NCBI GenBank assembly: GCA_037379345.1
Contig: CM074512.1
Coordinates: 22,320,001 to 22,384,000 of the forward strand
Source: Perna viridis
Lineage: Eukaryota
Direction of reading: 5' to 3'
DNA: 64,000 nt
Both the position numbers and the translations under genes were made by a program. Under the pieces are notes generated by a model, which saw only the letters and a list, made by a program, of their open reading frames with translations, made no database searches and was not told where the DNA came from. The first letter of the stretch is position 1. The number at the start of each line of letters is the position of its first letter. Below are positions 11,401 to 22,509 of the stretch, piece after piece.

Positions 11401-14400
11401 TCTTGATCACATGTCAAAAATCCTAAATCTTTAAATTTTCACAAAAGGTGATATATTTGGCTTTAAATTTGTAAATACAGTGTTTTCACATTAAAACATG
11501 ACCAGTAAAGGGCACCTAAAGCAAAAAAAGTGCTCAATAATGGATTTTCCATGTTGCCATAGGGGAATGCTTATATGGCCTTAACCGCAGTAATGAAAGT
11601 GAGTTTTTCCTCATTTCTAACCTAATTTTTGCTCAAATCTACACAAAACTTGATTTCAAGTGCTTATTACTACCATATTTAGGTAAATATAGCCCTCAAA
11701 GTTTAATATTTGATATTTTTACTAAATTTTCTACACTTTTTACAAGATAGGACATCAAAATCAGCCAAAAAGACCAATTTTCCATAATTTGGACCTATAA
11801 CTTAAAAAAATGCATATTTTGAAGGATTTTTGTAGTGTATTCCTCTCATGGCAAAGTTAACAAGATCTTCAAGTAGTTTAAAGCTATTTCAAGAAACTTT
11901 TCATTTTGCCATGGCTTCATCTTAAGGCTAAAAACCACTAATTCCACTTCCCATAGGCTTCTATGCTAATTTCACAATATTCAATGGCTTCTCTGGACTT
12001 TACCTTAACTTTAACCTGCAGATGACTATATATCAGCATGATTCTACATATGTCAGCTCACAATCCTCAGAATGGCATGTGGGGTTAGCAGACTTGCAGT
12101 GCAGTACTGGTCACCGGAAGTGAAGGGTCTATAAATAGCATGGGAAATCCCAGTGTTTTCACAAGATAGGGGTATATTTAAAAATCATTATGGAGATTAG
12201 GCTTCACATCACAAGAAGCAAAATGCACCTATAAAATGTACAGAAATGTTTTTCCTTTCAGAAACTGTTTAAATTTTTAAAATAAGATGAGAACTTTTTT
12301 CACAGCACTATGAGGAACAGGGGTAATTTCTGCGTAGGACTATTTTTGCGTACGTTCCAAATGCTCATTGGTTGAATTGGTGGTCTGTAACCTAACTATA
12401 TGTATGTCAAAATCTGTATTGCATACTTATCAACCCTCGAACTGAGTCACCCGGTGGGTCATTGTAACGACCCCCGAAATACAACACAGCACACCTGTCT
12501 ATTCGGGATTACTTGGTTCTGAATTCCAATTTGTATATCATATATTTTAACCATACTTCAAGTATGGTCTGTAAAGGGGTGTGATATAGGGTATGCGATA
12601 TAAGGTAGACGATATAGGGTTTAAACAAACTCTTAGAATACATATGCAAACATGTTATATTTTAATCTAAATATATGATATAAGTATATACCATATATTT
12701 AGATATAAATATAATTTTTTTGCATATGCATTATAAGTGTCTATTTAAACCCTACAGCGTTTACCCTAAAACAAAGAAAATAAAATAACCAAAAATAATA
12801 CGTACAAAGCAACAAAAGTAAAAGAGCAGCTCGGACTTCACTATAAACTGGGAGCATGTACCATGTGCATCGGTAGGGTAAGCATACTGTTTTTATAGAA
12901 ACACCCACCGAACTGCCCATAAAAAGTCAAGTCCGGGGTAGACAAAAGAGGAAGGAAAAACTATGTCACGTTGAACAAATCGGTTCTCATCGGGCAGATG
13001 GATACACGGCGTAACGATCCACGAGTTCATGATGACCATAAAACATCTGTAGTGATAACTTCAATCTTGTAACAACATAACCCTGTGCCAGAAGCCTAAT
13101 TGTAAGAAGTCTAGCGCGGTTCCAAAAGTCTGCGTAATTACGGTAAGCTCTAACATAACGTACGAGTTATGATATGAAAACTATATACGCAAGTGCTGAA
13201 GGAATGTTGCCACAGATGAAAGGAAAGTTGACAGTACAGAATGAAAAGTCCTCGCGTTTGTCGTATAGTTTGGTCAGTAGTTTTCCTTGACCATCGATCT
13301 TTAAGTGTGGGCCAAGATATGAGGCTGACTTCACAGTATCTGTAGTATCTTTTATCTCATGTATTAAATCGCCGAAACTAGGATTGTTTAACAATAATAC
13401 GTCATCTACAAATGTACATATACTAGAACATGAGATCAAAGGATCTGGCTAACGATATTCCTTCATTTGGATTAGATCAGCTATAAAGTCAGTCTTATAA
13501 GAGTAAAGGAATAGGTCTGCGAGTAGAGGAGCACAGTTTGTTCCCATTGGAATGCCGATATCATTTTTTTTTTCTTTATTTGATGTATGCTGAGGCATTC
13601 CGCGGAGAGAATTGGGTGTATTATTTAGTGAATGTTATGGTGTGTTTTGTTTTAGTTCATTTTTTACTTTAAATTAAAGTGGAATGGTTAAATGTATATA
13701 AAATCAGTCCATCGCATATTTACATCGTTACAAAATTTTGATACAAAGTGTCTATGTTTTGCACCGTTACAAGTAAATCGTAGATTTCATGCGCCTGTCC
13801 AGAGTCTGTGTCGTTATATTACATTTTTATTTGATTTTGAAGATTTGTCATCGTTCTGTTACCGTGGTTTTTATTGCATTTTTGTCGGGGCCTTTCAGAG
13901 TTTACTCATTTGTTGTAAAACTTTCGGTGATTTCTGAAAGAATTTACTCTTTTGTACTAATAAGATAGTATTAATAGGTTATACGTTGGTATGAAACTTC
14001 ACAAAATCGGGTCTCTACAAAAAGTAATTCATCAAAATAGGATTTATTAGCAAACTGTGCACTAAGTCCATTTCAATAAATCTCTCATACAGTTTAGTAA
14101 ATATGTTTGAAAGTTATCATAATTAATGGAAAAAATATACAAAAGAAAATCATTCTATATACAAGTTGTCAACAGACAATTTTTTAATTCAAGTAGCAAT
14201 TTTGCATTACTCAGGTTTTCTCTTCAATAAGATAAGGACAGCCCATTACACAAAAAGATCCGCATCTAGCAAGAAGTGAAACATAATTATTATATCCCGT
14301 TTGTCTCTAATGGTACCATATTGAAATTTAGTCAATAAAATTTATACACGAAAATGTAACTATGCAATTCAGTTTGGAGGCGAATAAGAAGTCCAACGCC

Positions 14401-15967
14401 GTTCCCTGGCCGATGCATGCCGAAGATCGGAGAAAAAATGACAACTGGCTGGCTCGGGGTCAGAATAATGTGTCCGATTGTGGCGATAGGCTTACCGTCG
14501 TGCGGGTTGTTGCCTCAATGAGCTATCACATTAAAATCCGGCTAAAATATCAGACTAGTACAAAGCAGGGTCTATTCGATTAATCAAACGTTTTTGTCAT
14601 GAAATGCATGAAGCATATGTCATATTACGTTAAACCACAATAAATTTACATATATATATATATAATTATCTTGTTGTTATAGGTAACATGATCAAGGAGG
14701 CAAAATGTTGTTAGAAAATTCGTATTTTTTCTTCTGAGAAGACATTTGACTTAAAACAATCGAATACTTAAAAAATGAGTGATCTCAGTACTAGAAATCT
14801 CGAGTGATGTGTTCATTCTTTAACTATATACATGCTATATGGCGCTGGTTGTAATTTACGTGTATATTCAATATTGAAAAATGGAGTAAATGGATGGTAT
14901 CGTTGAAGAGGATATTATTTCCAAAAGAATCTTGCTTCCATCAATATTTCATGCCTTTAAAGAAATTCTATACCGACTTCGGACTATGTTCTTTAACAAA
15001 TGAATCATCCAGTGGTGTAAACACGCAGTTCGAATTGATTTTAAGTCATTTTTCTTGACTGCGGTCAATATCGTCGTCATACTAAACAATGTAGATTTTC
15101 GAAAACTCACCACCCTTTCAATCCTTAATTATAACATTATGGTTCTGTATTATTCATGTCCTTATACGGTCCCTTGGTCATTTATGAATAGGAATGAAAC
15201 TGAAGGGAAAATTGGTGGTGAAAAAAAGTCACAATCACGAAGTATCGATCTGTGGCACAATAGCACACAACATGTAAAAACGTTTTTAATGTCACAAAAC
15301 TCCGATTTTACTAATTCCGGATGTAATATGAGACATAAACATGTAAATTTTAGCATGGTTAGAATTAAGAATGTACCGCTATAGTTTTCATGCTATCGTT
15401 TACGATCTTCCAATTGGGATATAGAATAATGACACGGAGAGCATAGGTCTGAACTGTCCACAAACACTAGTGGTTTCGGATAGATGTCCATAGAAGAGTT
15501 GCATTTACTAAGTTCGTTTCCAAAACTTTTTGATCCTCTTCATTATTTAAATTAGTTGTTTCGTTAGTGAGCTTTTGATACAGAAAAAATTCTATATCAT
15601 TAATTGGAACAAAATAAAATAGTGGGGTAATATTTACTTTGTACTGCCATATCATATGAGCTGCCTGGTTTTTACATGGACAATCTCTTAAATAGTCAAC
15701 TGCATAGTTTCATTTCTGTTCCAGGGTAAAGATGACAAAAAATTTGTTATGACAGAGGATATGATAAAAGGACTATCAGCAGGTTTTGGATTCTTCCTCG
15801 CCCTTATATTCCTCATTTGTTTAGTGTGGTACTGTTGTTGCACGGACAGTAGTGACAATAGCAAATCAGATACTCGGGCTTTTACCAACAATAATGATTC
15901 GAGATCCCAAACCCGACATTGTCCAGACAGGGACGACAAACGACAAGGGCGAAGACTGTTCGCTTAA
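8434..15967 (+). CDS. Small single-pass membrane protein with a juxtamembrane Cys cluster (5' end uncertain)
   Basis: Exons 8434-8477 (LFYWFLCVIYSLKT, tentative), 9704-9735 (ttttcag|...|gtaagt; ATDSKSNSTKS) and 15725-15967 (ttccag|GKDDKKFVMTEDMIKGLSAGFGFFLALIFLICLVWYCCCTDSS...RRLFA*) join in frame. AATAAA signals follow at ~15968 and ~16151. The start exon was not identified. Confidence 0.5.
10020..10580 (+). mobile_element. Decayed Penelope-like retroelement reverse transcriptase fragment
   Basis: Frameshifted GIPMG/TSCAPLIADLFLCYYESQF...FNNTFRYRDDILAVN...IYDK motifs. Confidence 0.7.
10586..12392. mobile_element. Non-autonomous element with 467-bp long terminal direct repeats, each bounded by TIRs (KolobokP-like)
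   Basis: 10586-11052 and 11926-12392 look identical by eye. Each begins GGCTAAAAACCAC and ends GTGGTCTGTAACC (imperfect TIR). Internal junctions are TAAA/TTAA, TA flanks both outer ends, and there is no ORF. Confidence 0.75.
12602..12768. repeat. AT-rich foldback inverted repeat (MITE-like)
   Basis: aggtagacgatatagggtttaaac...catatgcaaa...tctaaatatatg versus catatatttaga...tttgcatatg...tttaaaccctacagcgtttaccct. Confidence 0.55.
12770..13560 (-). mobile_element. Penelope-like retroelement remnant (RT C-terminal half plus 3' non-coding tail)
   Basis: Minus strand reads IGIPMGTNCAPLLADLFLYSY...FVDDVL...EIKDTTDTVKSASYLG.HL.ID..GKL.TKLYDKREDFSF..VNFPFICGNIPS. The tail at 12830-13060 is homologous to 47150-47378. 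Confidence 0.75.
14395..14642 (+). mobile_element. SINE fragment with a conserved central domain
   Basis: actggctggctcggggtcagaataatgtgtccga...tgagctatcac...aaaatccggct core and a gttaaaccacaat tail. Resembles mollusc SINE cores from memory; not searched. Confidence 0.5.
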
Positions 15968-16622
15968 ATAAATACAAAAAAAATGATTAAACGTGTTGCA
16001 ATGTGCTTGCCTACGAAGAAAGCAATCAGATGCATAAACCCTTATTCCAAAAATCCTTGTTTCTATATATACAATCAAAAATTTATGTTTGCTTGTTTCA
16101 GAATATAAATATGCACCAATTTGTAAAATAACACATTGTTTTTTGTATTAAATAAATCTTAAAATCTTTTTTTATCTCTTGTTGTACCCCTAGAAAGTTG
16201 GAAGGAGGTTATAGAGGAATCATTTCGCCCATCCGTTCATGTACAGCGAAACTCTTCTTGAATCGTTCTATGCAGTTTTATGAAAGAAACACAAAGGTTT
16301 TGCGAATATGTAGAAGCCGCCTTTAATGAATGAATTTAGCCGGTAGATGCTTGCAAGCTCCGTAATCACTCAGGAAGAAGCTTACTGAAGCACCGCCCAT
16401 TTTATATACCTTGTATACTGAGGGGTGTGAAGGGGTGGGGTGTGATTATTTTGAAAAAAAAATCCCAATTTGAGCAAAACAAACTTTTTTACTCAGCAAT
16501 AGTCAGAAAAAATATTACCCTTTACTTAACAATGTAGATTTCCAAAAAGGTTGCTGCTGAAAAAAGTAAATTAGAAAAAATCTAAGTCAACAAAAAATCC
16601 CAGCCCCCACCCCCTCATATAA

Positions 16623-16948
16623 TATGGGGCGTGGAATTAGTAAACTTATCGTTTTAAAGGAGGTTTACACGATTCGATTTCAGGACCTCTACTGACCAAA
16701 ATTCGTATTTTGGAACCTTCTGAATTATTTCAGGATCACACTAACTAAATGTTTAATTTCAACAGGTCCTAAAATATTTCAAGACTTCTACAAATCGATT
16801 TCAGGACCTCCATTACAATTTAAGGAGTTCCACAATTCGATATATTTATTTTAAATCCAATTGTGGATGTTCTGAAATCGAATCGTGAAGATAAATAATT
16901 ACGGTCCTCCTTGAATAATGATAATTTGACTAACTCATAGCCTCTTAT
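16623..16948. mobile_element. MITE with TIRs and internal short repeats
   Basis: tatggggcgtggaattagtaaacttatc versus gataatttgactaactcatagcctctta; internal recurrent tttcaggacctc units. Confidence 0.45.
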
Positions 16949-17935
16949 ATCAACTTTAATAAATTGAACTATTACTATTTGTTGACGATATACTGAGGAT
17001 CAGATCTATATCGACGTATAACAGCGTAAATTCATAGAAAAAAAAGAAATGACCATATTTTACAGCATAAAAACCCCAAAAATCTTAGAGATCGAAAAAC
17101 AACATAGATGGCGCACAATGGTGTCATGAAATAAAGAATCTGGAAAATATTCATAAAATTCCCTTTAGAGGATTCAGAGCATTTGCCGATAAGAACAGAG
17201 GACTTATGAACGGACAAACAGGTGGACACCATGATCACTGTATGCCTTCTGCTTTTTTAGCAGGGTCCAGGGCATAATCTAGGATTCATTCAATAGGAGA
17301 AGTGACTTCTCCCTTCTAGGAAAGATAGGGAGAAGTGAGTCTGGAATGGGGAGAAATCATACTTCACTGCTAGAATATTTTATAGCATTGATATGAAGTT
17401 GTATCTCAAGGACATCTATTCTAATAAATAATAAACAAATAAGATATGTTTAATACTGTAATTCCATTTTCTGTACTTGCAAATGAATAAGTACATGTAC
17501 AATAAGTAACTTTAATTGAATATAGTAAGTGATCAGATTGTCATTGAGAACTTGTTTTTTACCGGGGGTACAATAACATGCTTCAAAGAGCGCAGCTTGT
17601 TATCACCGAAGACAGTTGGAGCAAGCATGAACACACAATTCAATCTTGTTTATACAGCTTTGAATTTTGATTGTATTTAGAATTTGACCAGAATTAAAAT
17701 GACACCTTTTGACCTTTAATTCCAATAGGTTCCAATCACAACCACTAAAAATCTAACCAATCAATCAATCAATCAATCAATCCAAACTTTCCTTATGGGA
17801 TATTACACCTTGTTGTACAGTTTCATTCCAGTGGGATAAGTGACAAGCCTGAAATTCATTAAGCATGGTATCGAACCTTGATATTGTATATCAAATATCA
17901 AGTGGTAGTGATTTATAGTTTCTGAGAAAAATGCT

Positions 17936-18201
17936 AGGGGCACAACCATTTTAATCCAAGGGGGGGTGGCAAATTTTGAGGGATCAGAATATTTATTTTT
18001 CAAATTTTTGAGGGTCAGGAAATTTATTTCCACTCCAATGTATGATGTATCTGGACGAGGGTAAGAAATTTTATGTATTTTCTAGGAGATGTAGGACAGA
18101 ATATTCATATTCATTTTCAACTGCTTCTGTGCCAGAATATTTATCAAAAAAAACTACAAGCCCACCACCCCAACCCCTCTGAATCAAATGCTCGTTCCCT
18201 A
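17936..18201. mobile_element. MITE with G-rich/C-rich subterminal tracts
   Basis: taggggcacaaccattt...ggggggtgg versus ccaccacccc...aaatgctcgttcccta. Confidence 0.5.
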
Positions 18202-18585
18202 ATGAAAATGTTCTTTAGGACAAACATATGGACTAACAGTGAACTGACAGGGATAAAATATGATTTTAAATCTTGTAACTAGAAAGAAAATAAAATATGA
18301 AATTATGTGTTGTAACAGCAAATATTGCACTTATACTATCCATATGAAGTTTTCAGATATACGGGGGTCGACTGGTAACAAAAAACCCCAAAAAAGAAAA
18401 AAAAAGAAAAAAAAAGGAAAATCCCGACCCCAAGTACTTGTGGTAAGAGATGGATCCATCTGGTGTAAAGTTCAGACGGAAGGAAAGACGGATACCACTA
18501 TCACTATATACAACACCGACTTTTCAAGTGGGAGTATAACGAGGACATTGTTGGTCTGATTCAACAATGAAAAAAACATTGAAAA

Positions 18586-18786
18586 TGAGTGTTAGTATAG
18601 TTATTGTTAACTGTTGAGTGTTAGTATAGTTATTGTTAACTGTTGAGTGTTAGAAGTTATTGTTAACTGTTAGTGTTAGAATAGTTATTGTTAACTGTTG
18701 AGTGTTAGAATAGTTATTGTTAACTGTTGAGTGTTAGTATAGTTATTGTTAACTGTTGAGTGTTAGAATAGTTATTGTTAACTGTT
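18586..18786. repeat. 29-bp tandem minisatellite, about 7 copies
   Basis: Unit tgagtgttag(t/a)atagttattgttaactgt. Confidence 0.95.
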
Positions 18787-19177
18787 TACAACAATAGAAA
18801 TGTTGCAATAGTTTCAAAACTTACAGTAGTCAACATTCAGTCAAAACACATTTCATCACTTGGCATACTAGTATTTCATCTATTTTACACAGATACAGAA
18901 AAAGCAACAGGCATTATAAGAGCTCTGCACCAAACAGTAAGAAATCATTTTAGAGAAAACTATAAATACGCTGAATTTTTGTTTCAACACCTGACTAATT
19001 GTTCTTTATACTGATTATATTATGACATACTACAGCTTATAGCGTCCAGACGTATGTTTGACATTTGTAATTTAGACTTGTTCACAAATCAAGGAGGAAT
19101 CATCAGATATACAAAATATTTCCTTTTAAAGTTTTCTAAACAGGGAACACAGTAAAATGTACTTATCATTTATTTAT

Positions 19178-20570
19178 AACATTCAAGTCAATTGCAGCAA
19201 CATATCTGTCAAGTTAATGACAATATTAAAAAGAAATCTGAAATAAGATGTGTTGGTGTATAATTTGCTGATACATGTGTTGGTGTATAAATTGCTGAAA
19301 TATGTGGTGTATAATTTGCTGATACATGTGTTGGTGTATTATTTGCTGATACATGTGGTGTATAATTTGCTGATACATGTGTTGGTGTATTATTTGCTGA
19401 TACATGTGGTGTATAATTTGCTGATACATGTGGTGTATAATATGCTGATACATGTGATGTATAATTTGCTGATACATGTATTGGTGTATTATTTGCTGAT
19501 ACATGTGGTGTATAATTTGCTGATACATGTGGTGTATAATTTGCTGATACATGTGGTGTATAATATGCTGATACATGTGTTGGTGTATTATTTGCTGATA
19601 CATGTGGTGTATAATTTGCTGATACATGTGTTGGTGTATTATTTGCTGATACATGTGGTGTATAATATGCTGATACATGTGATGTATAATTTGCTGATAC
19701 ATGTATTGGTGTATTATTTGCTGATACATGTGGTGTATAATTTGCTGATACATGTGGTGTATAATATGCTGATACATGTGATGTATAAATTGCTGATACA
19801 TGTGTTGGTGTATTATTTGCTGATACATGTGGTGTATAATTTGCTGATACATGTGGTGTATAATATGCTGATACATGTGATGTATAATTTGCTGATACAT
19901 GTGGTGTATAATATGCTGATACATGTGATGTATAATTTGCTGATACATGTATTGGTGTATTATTTGCTGATACATGTGGTGTATAATTTGCTGATACATG
20001 TGTTGGTGTATAATTTGCTGATATAATTTAAGATTCAATTGCAGCAACAACATATCTGTCAACTTATTGACAATATTAAAAAGAAATCTGAAATAAGATG
20101 TGTTGGTGTATAATTTGCTGATACATGTGTTGGTGTATTGTTTGCTGATACATGTGTTGGTGTATTATTTGCTGATACATGTGGTGTATAATTTGCTGAT
20201 ACATGTGTTTGTGTATAATTTGCTGATATAATTTAGGATTCAATTGCAGCAACAACATATCTGTCAACTTAATGACAACATTAAAAAGAAATATGAAATA
20301 AGATGTGTTGGTGTATAAATTGCTGATACATGTATTGGTGTATTATTTGCTGATACATGTGGTGTATAATTTGCTGATACATGTGTTGGTGTATTATTTG
20401 CTGATACATGTGGTGTATAATTTGCTGATACATGTATTGGTGTATTATTTGCTGATACATGTGGTGTATAATTTGCTGATACATGTGTTGGTGTATTATT
20501 TGCTGATACATGTGGTGTATAATTTGCTGATACATGTGTTGGTGTATAATTTGCTGATATAATTTAAGAC
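19178..20570. repeat. 24/27-bp minisatellite arranged in three higher-order blocks
   Basis: Unit tgctgatacatgt(gtt)ggtgtataatt. Blocks are separated by a conserved ~75-bp spacer (caattgcagcaa..catatctgtcaa...ttaaaaagaaat.tgaaataagatg) at ~19190, ~20035 and ~20240. Confidence 0.95.
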
Positions 20571-20999
20571 TTGCAACACATTAATGTAACAGAAAATTAG
20601 TAATCAATGCTCAAAGAGGTGCAGATGTATACTATCAATCAGGCAGAACTTTGTACAAGTATAAATACAAACTGTGTTACTGTATATCTAGGCTTGACTT
20701 AATTTCAACCATTGAAATATTTAATGTAGACAATGATTCCAACAGTGTGAATATGACTAAAATAGACCCATAGATATCACTCTTAGAAGTAAACATTAAT
20801 CAGAATCAGCAAAGATTGACATCTCTTTGTTGTCAGATTGGAAGAAGGCAACACATAGCACAGCACATTAATGTAAAAATTTGACCTTGTGACATTAGAA
20901 AAATTACCTGGAAAATCCATGTGGTTCTTAATTACTTTTATTGACTAATTCAAACAAAAGTGAAGCTGAAATCTAAGAATTACCAAAATATTACTGTGT

Positions 21000-21170
21000 A
21001 ATTAAGAAATAAATCACAAAAACTCCATTTCATCACTGTTTTACCACAGGCTGGCCTTTCATGTAGCATTGTTTTACCTGAGCAATAGCCAGGGGTTAAA
21101 TTACTACATAAATGGCCAGCCTGTGATAAAACAATGATAAAAGGGAGTTTCCATGATTTATTTTGATTCT
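21000..21170. repeat. Foldback hairpin (non-autonomous transposon end)
   Basis: aataaatcac..aaactcc..tt.atca.tgtttta.cacaggctggcc versus ggccagcctgtgataaaacaatgataaaagggagttt..atgatttatt, centred on a gcaatagc loop. Confidence 0.6.
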
Positions 21171-22509
21171 AAGAGGACTAGTTTCTTCATATGTTTGAAT
21201 ACACACAGCCTAAGAACTGCACTAAATGTTGTTCATGTGTTCATCACTTCTTTTACCATGGTTGTGGTCTAAGGAGCTTTAAAGCCCATCATATTAGAAT
21301 GACCATCAGATAATCAGACAATTACAGGAAAAACAATTCAAAGTTAGAAATAGATTGCACAGAGTTTTCTCAAGCTACAGTGTCACATGTTTGCACAAAC
21401 ATCCACATACATTAGGACTATAAATAACAATAATACTCCAAAGGAACACGGAAATACAAGGTTAAATTTATATACGATAGAAAACAAATACTTTTTTGTT
21501 TTAGAATGTCAAAAAATATAATGGACTGGTGCATTTTATTTAGTACAATCGATGTTAGTACCTAATATCTGTTTATGGCAGAATGCACTGCATTGAACAT
21601 GTAATAGTAATTGATATCACTTGTACATGTACATGTAATTGCTGAACTCCGCTTACTGAAATTGTACCCTTAAATACATAAATTCACACTCATCATTTTG
21701 CTCTGAATGACCTCAGAATTGTCTCCAAATGGCCTTTTGAACTTGGAAAAACAATCTTAATTTACACTGTTTTATCATTAATTTTTTAGATAAAGAAGAG
21801 TTCAGTATGAAAACAATGGAAAATTATATTATTTTTTTGCAATGGCAATCACAAGTATAAATACTGGTATAACGAGAATAGTTATGGTGTATATGTCAGA
21901 GACAACAACCCACAGGGATGAAAAAGTCAGCACAAGTCCACCCATTGGTCTTCAACGACCAGGAAACCCTCATACCACAGGGTAGACCGCAGCTGGCTCC
22001 ACAACATCATTATACACAAACGATGGTATGTCTATCTAGGAAGACATACAGGTACCGGTATATTGTATTGCTGTGCATTTAGATTTAAGTTGAAGTTCCT
22101 AAGAACTGTATTTGCAAAGCAAAGCAAAGTATTATAATAACAGGAAAATAATTGAAAAAAACACATACAAAAATATAATTGAAAAAGACAATCATTATAC
22201 TGTACCTTGTATTAGGCAGACATGATTTTGGGAAGACAACAAAAAAGCAAAAGTTGGCAAAATCAAAAGTAAATATATGGTTAAAAAAAGAAAAATGGTC
22301 CTTGCCTAATGAACAAAAAGAAAGCTTAATTGTGCTTTCAATTGTACTGTCATTGCAAACATAATGTCAGATCCAACTCCCCAGTCATACTATATTTCAT
22401 TTTAGAATTTTTACTCTTCTTAATATATTACATGTACTCAAATGCTTTTTGTAAAAATAAGTTAACTTTTTTAATGGCCGTCTGTACTCCACATTGCAAT
22501 AAGTATGGG

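Noticed and set aside
10586-12392. LTR retrotransposon/TRIM
   Set aside because: The repeats lack TG...CA ends, a clear PBS/PPT and a 4-6 bp TSD. They instead have GG...CC TIR ends and TWAA junctions.
19226-20062. 278-aa His/Gln-rich ORF and the 258-aa antisense ORF as real genes
   Set aside because: Both are explained by a triplet-length minisatellite open in several frames on both strands. There is no signal peptide, splice context or unique domain. Kept only as a repeat finding.
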